A DNA stretch of 64,000 bases from Moniliella sp. 'wahieum'. Lineage: Eukaryota. The stretch is from positions 1,302,001 to 1,366,000 of the forward strand of contig RSEE01000001.1 of the NCBI GenBank assembly GCA_003971905.1. The letters are read 5' to 3'. Both the position numbers and the translations under genes were made by a program. The notes under the pieces were generated by a model, which worked only from the letters and a program-made list of their open reading frames with translations, was not told the origin of the DNA and made no database searches. Shown here piece after piece: positions 36,137 through 47,472 of the stretch (its first letter is position 1; each line of letters starts with the position of its first letter).

Positions 36137-38034
36137 ATGGCCACCAAACACATCTTCAACACATCAGACGGACTCGTTGTCAAGGCCCTGCGCGGATCAG
36201 CTGCCTTAAACCCGTCTCTGCGCGTGTATGTTCCTCGTTCACGTCGGTCTGCTCTTTGCTTGCAACGGATTCGCTAACGCTGTCCACTTTGGGGTCCAGG
36301 TATGAGCCGGACAAGGTACTGTACGATGCAAGCCATGATCCACGCAAGGTCTCTGTGATTGCTGGCGGTGGCGCTGGCCATGAGCCCGGCCATGCTGGCG
36401 TAGTCGGCAAGGGCATGCTCAGTGCCTGCATTAGCGGAGACATTTTCGCCTCGCCCTCAACAGTGGCCATTGTCACGGGCATTGATCTGGCTCCATCCGA
36501 CAAAGGATATCTGCTTATTGTCAACAATTATACTGGCGACGTTCTCAACTTTGGCCTGGCAGCGGAGAAGACGCGAGCTGCGTTGGCCTATGCCAATGCC
36601 CAGGGCCACGAGGGGGTGGAGGTAGTGTACGCGGCGGACGACGTGGCAGTGGGCCGCGAGCGCGGGGGCTTGGTGGGCCGCCGTGGCCTCGCAGGTAACA
36701 TTTTTGCCTGCAAAGTGGTGGGCGCGGCAGCCGAGCTTGGCTGGTCCCTGGCCAAAGTGGCTGAGGTGGGGCGGGAGTTTATTGGGCAGGCAGTGACGAT
36801 TCAAGCGTCGTTGGACCACTGCCATGTCCCGGGTCGCCCCAAGGCTCCTGAAGAATACGGAGCTCTTGGCCCCAATGCCATCGAGATTGGCATGGGCATC
36901 CACAATGAGCCCGGGGTGAAGCACATTGAGCATGCACCTCCGCCGGAAGAATTGATTGCAGCGATGCTCAAGTACCTTCTGGACCCTACGGATTCTGACC
37001 GCGCGTACGTGTCGTTTGACAAGGATGATGCCCCCGTGGTGGTGATCAACAATTTGGGAGGCTTGTCCAACCTCGAGATTGGGGCGGTGGGGATGAGGTC
37101 CTGGGGCAGCTGGAAGGCTATGGTCTCCGCCCGAGCCGCGTCTATGCCCACCCCTACCTAACTTCACTCAATGCACCCGGATTTGGGATCAGTCTGGTGA
37201 ACCAACGGGCGTTCCAGAAGAAGACGGGCGTGGACCTGTTGGCACTGCTGGATGCGCCGACGGATGCGTCAGGTTGGGCCGGGGTGGCCCACGGCTGGAC
37301 GAAGCCGCGGAACCGGAGCGAGGAACTGGCCGAGGCCAAGGAGACGCTCAAGACGGCCCAAGCAAAGAATACGTCGGTCTCGGCCCCGCAGGCAGCGTCG
37401 GACCGGGTGGCCCGATCAATCCTTCGCCGGAATTGGTGAAAAAAGCGATCATCTCCGCGTGCGATGCAGCGATGGCCGCCGAGCCAGAAATGACGCGCTT
37501 CGACACAGTTGTGGGCGATGGTGATGCGGGGAGACGCTTGCCCAGGCCGCAAAGGCGGTCAAGAAGGCGGCTGAGAATGGGGAGCTGGATTTTACCTCGG
37601 CGGGCGGCACGTGTCTGTCAGTGGACCAAGTGATTGAGCACAATATGGGGGGGACGAGTGGAGCCCTTTACGCGCTCTTCTTTACCTCGCTGGCAAAGAG
37701 CGTGATTGCATCTGCGCCCAAGGGCGCGGAAGCTACCTCGAAGGAATGGTCTAGCGCACTGCTCCAGGCGCTCGAGTCGCTTGGTCATCACACGCCCGCA
37801 CGTCCAGGGATGCGGACACTGGTCGATGCCCTGGACCCCTTCTGCCGCACATTTGCCCAACAGGGCTCGCTGAAGGAGGCAGTGGAGGCGGCGCGTAAGG
37901 GCGCCGAGGCCACTCGCACTCAGACCGCTCGCCTCGGGCGCGCCACCTACGTTGGGGACGTGAAGGATGCCCCCCCTGACCCGGGCGCATGGGGCGTGGT
38001 GGCGCTGGTGGACGGGATCCTCAAAGCGTTGTAA
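36137..38034 (+). CDS. DAK1: Dihydroxyacetone kinase/triokinase (Dak1+Dak2 domains); intron 36226-36299; frameshifts in the 3' half
   Basis: 'GGGAGHEPGHAGVVGKGMLSACISGDIFASPS', 'NNYTGDVLNFGLAAEK', 'DDVAVGR...VGRRGLAG', 'EIGMGIHNEPG'. L domain 'EPEMTRFDTVVGDGD', 'MGGTSGALY', 'RTLVDAL', 'ARLGRATYV..PDPGAWG'. Confidence 0.95.
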
Positions 38035-38606
38035 GATCTAAGATGCCATGTGCCAAGCTGTGTCAACAATCATCGATCTCATCGGTTACCCCAGCACCCA
38101 GCGGGGTCCATCATAGTTAACTACGTTGACTCTTCTCTTGCCCTGCTGGCAGGATGTATAGACTGGCAGGGCATACCGCAGTTGGCCAAACCTGTGTTTC
38201 TTGTAGCCCGGCTGGACGGTGGCCACGGCCCAGATCGATGCCATGCGGTGGCCTGATGTCGCTGTGCAATGGCCGCTGCCTTGGTGATGTGGATCATCGA
38301 TCGCTGGGGGCGGAATGCGTGAGTGGCGGCAGGCGAGGGGCGGTGCAAGCTCGGCGTTGGTGAGACGTGTTCCGCCGAGCGTGCACGGGCCCGCTGTGGG
38401 CTGAGCACAACTACGCCCTACCACGCCTCACCCCACACGCCGAAGGGCGACAGACTGGCTGCCCCCGCGCCCGGCTACGCTCTCAAACTCCCTAGAGTTC
38501 GCCCATCTTCTGCTCGGGGATCGCCTGGGCTTATATACCCGCTGTCTCTCGCCCCTCCGCGTTCTCAGCCCCCCACCGCCACGCCCACTCAACGAACAAA
38601 CCCACC

Positions 38607-39072
38607 ATGCCCGAGAAGGTTCTCTACGCCACTATGACTGCGCTCCCCGGCCAGCGCGCCAAGGTCGCCGAGCTTCTCTCCAACCTGGCCAAGACCATCC
38701 GCGCCAACGAGCCCGGCAACGTGCGGTTTGTCGTCTACACCAAGGCCGACAACCCGGACGAGTTCCACGTTGAGGAGACCTACGCAGGGTACGTTCATCT
38801 CTTCAGCTATGTGTGGTCCAGCTCCTTGCAGCCCATCCATTCATTATCTCTCACGTCATCGATAAAACGGACACGAGTTTGGGGCCAAGGCGAGGGGGTG
38901 GACACATTGGGACTTGTTTGAGTGCTGACAGCTGGTATGATGATATGTGAACAGCGAGGATGCCTTCGAGGCCCACATGGCCACCGAGCACGGAAAGGAG
39001 TTCAACCGCGTCGTTACCCCCTACATCAAGGACGGCCACTCGACGGTCGTCTTCCTTACGCACGTTGCTTAA
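38607..39072 (+). CDS. Antibiotic biosynthesis monooxygenase (ABM)/LsrG-like small protein, 99 aa; intron 38789-38954
   Basis: Splicing GTACGT..GCTGAC..CAG gives MPEKVLYATMTALPGQRAKVAELLSNLAKTIRANEPGNVRFVVYTKADNPDEFHVEETYAGEDAFEAHMATEHGKEFNRVVTPYIKDGHSTVVFLTHVA. This has the ABM hallmarks EPG, ExY and AFxAH. TATATA at 38532-38537. Confidence 0.88.
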
Positions 39073-40144
39073 AAGCAATCAAGCGTGTGTAACTGTCCCA
39101 CATCTGCATGCTTGAAGCTCATCTGTGTTCTCTTTAGCCCAATGCCAGTGAAGCCGGACCCGCTGTTGATCTTGGGAGAGTTGTTGATCTCGACGATTGG
39201 GCCATTATGCAGATGGAATATAGTGACTCTCTGGGCCGAAGATTGAGGGCTTAACGTTTACAACTCTTCATGGTGAAAAAGGGCATGTAGTAGTTGCTGC
39301 GGAACGCTGTGTAGGGGCTCTGTGGAGCTTGGAGTATGCAATCTGGCCGCCTAAGGCCTCAAGACTTCTCATCTCTCAGATGTTATTGTTGTTGAAGTAG
39401 ATGAAGGTTGGATTCTGTTGGGACCCGTGGTCCCGTACTTAGGCCAAGGTGCCTCATCACCCTTCACCCCTGATTTGTCCTCCCAAGCCTCCACGTGTAT
39501 ACTCAGGCTTGTTTGAACCCCTGTCTCTAGGTGTGGCACAAGGCTTAGACCTCAACCACCACCATCGCGATTGCATTGCTCTACATCTCCAGAGGTTCTT
39601 CACCCAATCCCTTGGGTTCCTCCGGTCTTACAGAGTTACAATCCTCTTGACGCTCATCCCTGAGCCTTCCATTCACCCCACTCTTCCACCCAACACCTAC
39701 CTCCCCCTGGCAGGCTCTCAGGCTCAGGAGTCTTGGTTCAACTCCTCAACCCATACTTCGCCAACTGCCGCCGCAGAAGAGAGCAACACTCCCGTCGGAG
39801 TTGACCACGTCTCCCCGCCGATGACACCATCACGTGAGTATACTCCTACACCTCAGCCCACCCCCGTGGGTTATCCCAATGGGGCTAGAGCGGTAATCGA
39901 GAGTTATAAGCCAGTGTTGACATGTTGACAAGACAAAGGGGGCTAGGTTACCGGTTAGGCCTAACGGTGCGACATGCTCCAGGCTGGTCACGTGACTCTA
40001 GGCGATTTAATCGATTAATCTGAAGCCGGAGCATCGATCACTGATCGGCAGCCAGAAAGCTGTGCCCCACTAAGAGCGGGAAGGGTGCACGGGGGCAGTG
40101 TGCAAGTGTGGAGCAGTGTGACGGGCAGTGGGGTTTTCGCCGTG

Positions 40145-40215
40145 TTCGCCTGCCGCTTCGCCTGCCGCTTCGCCTGCCGCTTCGCCTGCCGCTTCGCCTG
40201 CCGCTTCGCCTGCGC
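40145..40215 (+). repeat. 12-bp minisatellite (TTCGCCTGCCGC) x ~6 just upstream of the CWH43 ATG
   Basis: Five perfect copies at 40145-40204 plus one copy lacking a C. Confidence 0.95.
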
Positions 40216-40289
40216 TTCGTCTTCGCTTCTGACATTGTCGGCGGCATCCTCCGTTCGCCTCGATCCCTCCATCCTCTGCAGTGCTCAGC

Positions 40290-43200
40290 ATGGCGGCGTA
40301 TGTGGGCGAACGCCCTCTCTGGTCTGCCCGCGGCAGTGTCGTGAGCATTGCGCACACCATCCTGGGTGGGCTGGCCTTCTTCGTTGCCCTCCTGCTCGCC
40401 TTGACGCTCCACTATCACAAAGTGGTCAAGAATGGAGTTGCTGGCTACCCCGACGAGTGGTGGCCCAGCGTCAGCGCCACAATTGGCGACTGGTATCCTG
40501 AGCGCAACGTCTTCCAGATCTTCATTGCCATGACCAGCGGTCCCCGCTTCCTGCTGGTCGGTCTCTGCTCCCTCGTCGTTGCCCTCCAGCACCAATCCGC
40601 TGGGCGCTCAGCCCGCGGAGCCTGGGTCCTGCTCGTGGTAGGCTTACTGCGCACCGTCTCATGCGGTGGATGGGTGTACATTACCAGCTCCGATGATCAC
40701 GACGTGCACGACATTGCAATGGGTGCCTACATTGCATTGACTGTGCCTTGGATGGGCATCTGTCTGGCCCAACTACCTGATGGACTAATCCCCCGCAAGG
40801 GCATGACTGGGCGACGTATGCGTGCCCTTGCGTGCATCAGCTTCTTTTCCTGCACTCCCTTTATGGTGTACTTTTTTTACCAGCACAAGGTTCTCGAGAT
40901 TCCAGGCAAGTATTCCATCTATTCTTGCTTTGAGTGGGGTCTCATCCTCACCGACATCGCCTTCGATGCCGCATCTGCGTTCGACTTGCGGCATATCACC
41001 CTTCATCTTGGCTATGTCTCCGATGCTGGAGCCGAGCTTGTTATCCCCTCCAGAGAGGAGAAGAAGCTAGTGGAGGGGACAGGGAGCCGCATGCCAGTTA
41101 CGGAGACGCCAACGGATGAATGGTCTCTCGCCGAGCCGGTCCCCGCCTGGCGCACATACGTTGCTCTCATCTCTGATGTCTACTGGCAATTTCTCTTTTG
41201 GACTAGTACTACCAACGTATTCCCAGTGCTATTTTACTTTTCGGTCTACAATCTCGCTGCTGGAGGGGAAGAGACTGTTGTGCTATTCCAGTCCTTGGTC
41301 TTGGGCTTGTTATGCCTTCCATTCTTGCGCAATCTCTTCATGTACCAAGGGAAGGTTCGCCTCGACTTGCTCGGGGCCCCACTGAAGGGGACAAAAGGGC
41401 CCGTCTACGCTTCCGCTCGGTTCCTTCTGCTTCACTTTTTGGAGCTCCCTTCTCTGGTCTCTTGGGGGGTCCAAAGTCCTCATGGAAGGCTCTTCCTGAC
41501 CACTCTGTCTGCTGGAGCGGCAGCAATTCGGCTTCATCTCGAGTGGGGACACGCCTCTCTTGCCCACCCCCGGGCCGTGCGCAGCCAAATCGTGCGTTTT
41601 CTCTTAGGTCTGCTTCTGACCATGTTGTGCAAGTATGCATGTTTTGGCAATCACCCCCTCGCACCTTTTATGCGCCCAACGAATCCCCATGACGAGAATC
41701 CCATGGGCATTGTTCCTGATATGCTCCATCTGGGCATGAACAATGGGGAAGGTACGGGAAATGGACCCCATATGGGGTGGAACCGCCTTGGTTTCGTTCT
41801 GGCTCTGATCGCTTTCGCTGAGCGGGTATCCCGGCCTAGCAATGCGTTGAACGACGCCTCCGAGGTTTCTGAGGCAGTCTCCGATCATGATGAACCATGT
41901 GAGATGAAAGGTTCCAACAGACTTCTCCTTGTTCTTGGGTCGGGTGCAGCGCTTTACATGCTTCCGATGTACCTCTCGGACGCTGGAACGCTCATTACCT
42001 GGACTTGGACAGGCTACCCTATCTCTGGTCCGGAACCACTCAAGCACGGATGGGCTGTGGTAACTGCGTTCGCCATCGGGATCTTCCTTGCTTCGCGTCC
42101 CCTTCCACGAACAACCTCGCTCTCGCTGACGGCAGTGGTGACCTTAGCCCTTCTCTGGGTATACAAGGTAGACAATTGGGCTGCCTTCCCTCCCCTCTTG
42201 CTTGTGCCCCTGTTTCTTCCAAGTGTGGTCGTGCCCGTCCTACTTCGTACTGCGGGACATGGATTCGGCTCTGCTGCGGCCATGTGGTTTGTCTCGGCGC
42301 TGATTACTTTCTTCCAGGTCTTGACCGTTGCCTATGCTTTTGTTCCCATTATTGGCCCCTTCTTCCGTGAACGTTCGGGAATGTTGATCATCATCTCTCA
42401 AGCTTTCCTTGCTGCTGCTGTTGCATTGCCTTCATCCAGACGGGTGTTTGAGGCCGCGACCGCGGGGAAAGACGAGCCCAAGCCGGAAGAGAAGTCCGCT
42501 CAACGCCCCTTATCTAAGGGGATGTCTCCTCCCTCCAGGGTCAAGTCTCCCGCTGGGAAGGTTCTGGCCCTTTTGGTGGTGCTGGTCTCTCTTTTGAGCA
42601 CACCCATCCCCATTTGGCACAAGCCCATCATCCAACCCCCTGACTCAGTACAAACGCACCACCGGGTTATGACCGTCGGCATCCACACGGTTCACTTTGG
42701 TTTAGACCAGGAGATGTGGGAATCCGGTACCCGTCTGAGCGACCTTTATCTTCACACAAGGCTTGACGTTGTAGGCCTGCTCGAAACGGACTTGCAACGT
42801 GTCGTATATGGCAATCGAGAGTATGTCCTGCACTCCTGACCATTTTTAGCCATGCACATGTATGATACTGACTGCAAGCAGCTTAACCCAATGGCTTTCC
42901 TATCGTTTGGGTATGTACGCCGATATGGGACCTGGTCCGCAAAAGCATACATGGGGTGCTATCCTCCTCTCCCGCTTCCCGATTATCAATTCGACCCACC
43001 ACCTGCTCCCCTCGCCTCAGGGTGAACTGGCACCAGCCATCGAAGCTTGGCTCGATGTGTACGGGGTAGAGACGATGGTTTGGGTTTCACACAATGGGCA
43101 AGAAGAAGATGCTCTGGACCGGGAACTGCAGAGTACTGCCATCGCCGAGCACTTGGCCTCCGCTTTCCCCCACCCTACCATCTTCTTAGGCTACTTGGTG

Positions 43201-43611
43201 ACTGAGCCACACGCCCCTCGGCCATCCCCGTATGGCATTCTGATTGACGAGGGCAAGATGCTGGATGTTGACCCATCAGACGAAGACCGGTGGTGTCAGT
43301 ACATATTCTACCGGGGGGTGGAGCGGGTGGCCTCGGCACGCATCTCCCGCTACACTGTTTCCGACACAGAATTGCAATCAGCCAAGGTGCGGATCCCGCC
43401 CGTGGGGACACGCATCGACCCCACCTTCGAGTCGCGCACGGTCCTTGTGCGTGAGGCTGGCTGGCCCATGCCCATGCTCTATTATCCGGATCTCTACGCG
43501 CCCACCGCTATGGTCTATGGGCAACACATGTACTTCCCTAACTACTTACCATCCTACTACGCCGCCCCGGACCGGCGCTTGCTCGACTACCCACCTCCCT
43601 ATCACGGCTGA
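40290..43611 (+). CDS. CWH43: Cwh43/PGAP2-interacting protein (Frag1/PGAP2 domain, multi-TM, C-terminal EEP domain) for GPI lipid remodelling; intron ~42821-42881
   Basis: 'HYHKVVKNGVAGYPDEWWPSVSATIGDWYPERNVFQIFIAMTSGPRF', 'GGWVYITSSDDHDVHD', 'YSIYSCFEWGLI', 'HFGLD', 'DVVGLLETDLQR', 'GPGPQKHTWG', 'STHHLLPSPQGELAPAI', 'HNGQEED', 'DRWCQYIFYRG'. Confidence 0.96.
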
Positions 43612-43731
43612 ATATGTTGAGCTATGCTTTCTCGCCTTGTGCAGCAAGGAGGTATCTCGAGCAAAGAGCAATACATGTCTAGTCCCGTCTTCTTTCAGGA
43701 GGAATCTCCCCGATACGGATCGGCGCCTAGG

Positions 43732-44989
43732 TCAGAGATCCGTTGTATAGTTGGCTGGGAACCAGCCCTCTTTCCCTTGACATTCTCCCGACCACCAGTC
43801 ATCCCGCGTACCCGTTCGTTTTGTCACTCGAATCACATCTCCCGCTTTGAAAGAGATGTCGGTCTTGCCCGTACCCGCGGAAGCAGGCTGATAGGCGAAT
43901 TTGGCCATCACCAAGTCGCTGCCTCCACTTGCTGTGCTACGCGTCGTTGGAGGGGAAGGGGGATCATCGGCATCCGAGTCAGAGTCGTAGGAGTTCGAGG
44001 GCTTAGGTCCACCCCGGGACACTTGGGCCCGCGAGGTGAAGGAGGAGCTGCCCGAGTAGTCGTGATTGCTAGGACGGCTCCGTCGACTTGACCCACTGGC
44101 CGAGGCTCGCTCGGCCTCGCGGACCGCTCGGGGCGGGACAACTTCCTCCTCGTCCGAATCACCAAAGGGGTCGCGTGTGCTTTCCCTGGTTCCATACCCT
44201 CCCGCATAGGAGGTATGGTCCTTCCACCATAACCGCCCCGTAGCCAGAAGCACGCCGTCTTCGGGTCCATTGCGGCCGTTGGGCGCGAGAAAAATGAGAC
44301 GAAGCCGGGAGAGGACCGAACTTTCATCGTCGTTCATCTCTCCATCAGCAGGGCGACCACTGACGCGAAAGAGCAGATCCATCAGCTCCACAGCAAAGTC
44401 TGGAGGCTCCACCTGGCCGGACAAAATCGTCTTTGCGTTGGCACCTTGGCCGTAGGCCTTGGCGTTGGCGTCAGCGCGATCCATGAGGATGGTGCCCTCA
44501 ACGGACACCCCGCCATACAGGCCCTTGCTCTTGCTGTAACTCAACATGGCCGCCAACCTGCCTGTCGACGACACAGAACCACCTGCTTCGGCAGCACGAC
44601 CAACCGGTCCAATGGCCAGAGCGAGATTGCCTCCCAGTTGGAGCGAGCCAGTCGACATGAATGTTGAGACTGCCCGGCGAGAGGTGAGGACGATAAGAAA
44701 ATCGGTCACCTCGGCGCCGGCATTGAAGCCACCACCGAGACCGCCTAGGCCGATGGCAGAGGGAGGGGACCAGGTACCGTCTGGGAGACGCGCCACCACC
44801 ACCCCGGCGCCACCGCGGGCACTCATGAGGAAGCCAATGCGGAACACACTGAAGATAGCGAATCCTTGGCCTTGGCAAGCACACTAGCCGGTACCACTTG
44901 GTCCACCCGGCTCGGATTGGTAAAGTCGCGCAGAATCTTGCATGCTTTCCGACTCTCGGACGGAAGCGACACGGAAGGGGGTTGCCCAT
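43732..44989 (-). CDS. YSC84: Ysc84/Lsb3 (SH3YL1) actin-binding protein: SYLF/YAB domain + C-terminal SH3
   Basis: 'MGNPLP..LPSESRKACKILRDF', 'GFLMSARGGAGVVVARLPDGTWSPPSAIG', 'GAEVTDFLIVL', 'SYSKSKGLYGGVSVEG'. SH3 'DISFKAGDVIRVTKRTGTRDDWWSGECQGKEGWFPANY'. Confidence 0.93.
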
Positions 44990-45760
44990 CGTCGGGTGCT
45001 GGCCGCTGTGGTGGTAGGAGAGGAGCCAGCCGAGGTGGAGTTCGATGTTGCTCAACAGCCGCTGGCGCACACGTTGCGTTTGCGTGGTTCGTCGATTCAG
45101 CGGCACAGGGGGGCCATCGCAGGCGAATGTGACATGTGGCATCGCATGTCACAGCGTCCAGGTCCCTTGCCAGGCCTCACCGTATCCTAGGGTTACCGGC
45201 TAGGCCGCCCCTATTCCAGGAGTGTATACTGCGTTCAACATACTCAGTGGTCAACAAATTTCAAGCCGTTTCCAAGGTACCTGACGCGCTGACGCCTGAT
45301 CCGCCTGATCGACCTGATCGAAGATCCTGATCAATATATAATGGGCCTGATCGGTGATCGCCCAAAGCGGAGAAGCTGCTGAAGAAGCGATCGCACCGTT
45401 GTGGCGGCGGTCTAAACCAGCCCGCGACATTACAAGGACAGGCTGTGCGTAGAACAAGGGGCACACAGGCAACTAACATCGAAGCTCTAAGTCTGAAAAG
45501 GACTGAAGGAGCATGACCGAACTTGAGCCGCTGGGCCCCCATGAAACCCGTCAGGAGAGTGCCTTTGCGCTGGTCAACAACAATGCTAAAGAAGGGCTGA
45601 GCGCTGAGAGGGCTATTGGCCTCTCGTTGGGGCCCTATACACGCGAATTAACGGTAGTACAAGGAGGAATAGGGGTATGGCCCTCGTGTCAGAGAGGAAA
45701 AGGTCCATTCCTTATAGATACAACCGTCCAGACTGGAGGCCTCATCTAGACAAAGTCTCT

Positions 45761-47472
45761 CTAACTGGCTCTCGCTGGTGTGAGCGGATGAAAGAGTTTC
45801 TTGAGCACAGCCAGGCGCTGAGTCGAATTACCCCTGCCCATGGTGGCAAGCTCAAGTGCAACGCTGCGGGCTTTGTTGGATGCCAGCACTGTGTTGCGTG
45901 ACCGGGCATAGTTGCCTCATCCAACAAGCGTACCCGTTCCACAAACCCTGCCGCCACCCTCGTCCCGGGCAAAATAGAAGGTTGGAATCGGGTTTGAGAG
46001 AAGGGGAGGGACAATTGCATCCTCCTCCGACAAAGTATCCAGTTCATCATCAGGGTCGGCCACTCCTCGTGCTCGCAGCTCGTCTCGAGTCAGCGCTCGT
46101 GCCTCTTGGTGGGTTAGCATTACCATCCCCCACAGCGCCATGAGAAACAGATCGCCAACCGCATTGTCGATGTATTCCTGTGCTTGCCCAACCATGCGCT
46201 GTTTTTGCTCGGTACGCAGGTTCTGGTGAGAAATTTGAGTAGGGCACTCTGACCCACTGCGAACGGATCATCTCGTCCCTCCGTGCCACGGAGACAATGT
46301 TGAAGAGCATGCTCAACCTCGGCCACGGAATTGTGGATAAACATGTTTCCTTCAGACATGATCAGAACTTGGCAGTAGCTCGCCAGCAACGAAGTCTGCT
46401 TCAGCGCGAGAGACGTATCGATGGCTTCAATCGTGTCAGGGGATGAGGGACATAAGGGAGGGGGGGGGCACGCGACGTACCTAGTTTGAGATTGCTCCGA
46501 ATCTTGCGCAGGCGAGAGAGTGTGAGTGGATCAAGCGTTTGTCTCAATGGATCGTTGAGGGCGACTTTGTTGCTAGTCGGAAGCACATCGGGTAGGAGAT
46601 TGACAAATCGACTCAGAGTGCCAATGATCACGATGCATACATCCTCGTAAGCTGGGCCAAGACCCATAGCACTGCGAAAGGTTAGCACTTCGTTCTAAAA
46701 TGGTGAGGTAGGGAGTACGCACTATCCCAATGGGGTGCTGCGGCGTGAATCAGACACTCCCGTTGTGGTTCCACCAGGGGTAATGTCAAGCAAGAGATCA
46801 AATGCCTGGTCGCGGATCTCAATAATAGTCTCCACATCATGTTGATCGATGGCCTTGAGAAGGTCGTGGGTTTCGAATGGCCGTTTGACTTGGATCGTGA
46901 CGTTCCTTTACCTGGTTTCGCGGGCTCGTCGGGGATAGGGTCAAGGCGAGGCCCCGATTCGTTCTCCTCATCGTCGGCCAAGGGGTAGGTAAGGTGGAGG
47001 TGAGAGAGCAACCAGGCAATCTGGGCATAGCCACGGGACGCCTCAGATCGTTCTCCCAGTAGGCCCGGGTCAGATCATACTGCAACCGCATCTCTTCCAG
47101 CGCCGCACGCACACACCGGCGTGCGTCTTGAAGCTGGGCCTGTTCATACGCCGCGGCGCGAGCGGGTGCACCCCCACCCACCGAGGGAAACAAAGCAAAG
47201 AGTGACGCATCGTCTACAGTGGGAAAGGGGGCATCGAGGGAAGCTGATGCGGCGCGGAAGTTAGTGCGAGGGAGTGTAAGTCAATTCGGTTGGGTTGCTT
47301 GGGCGACGGCGGGGCGGTTGGATGAGGACAGGCGGAGACGAGGGGGATGAGAATGAGGCGCTAGAGGCGCGGCGATTGGTGTCTGCCTCCTCTTGAGGAT
47401 CATGAGGCCGGTGTTGACTGCCTTCCAGATGTCGGCGCTGAGGCGTTTCCATGCCTGTTGGGCACTGGACAT
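45761..47472 (-). CDS. Hypothetical fungal protein, multi-exon and frameshifted; boundaries approximate
   Basis: Consecutive minus-strand ORF fragments with helical, globular composition: 'MSSAQQAWKRLSADIWKAV', 'RCVRAALEEMRLQYDLTRAYW', 'QAQEYIDNAVGDLFLMALW', 'PIPTFYFARDE..FVERV', 'QRLAVLKKLF'. Probable intron near 46410-46480. Confidence 0.6.

Noticed and set aside
38023..38045. Possible cryptic peroxisomal targeting of DAK (ends ..LKAL-TAA), as reported for smut glycolytic enzymes
   Set aside because: KAL is not a canonical PTS1, and the stop is TAA-GAT rather than the TGA-CTA readthrough context.
40015..40360. ORFs with QAKR, RRSG, AAGE, FACR or LPLR repeats
   Set aside because: These are six-frame translations of the 12-bp minisatellite. 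It is not a CRISPR array either, since there are no spacers.
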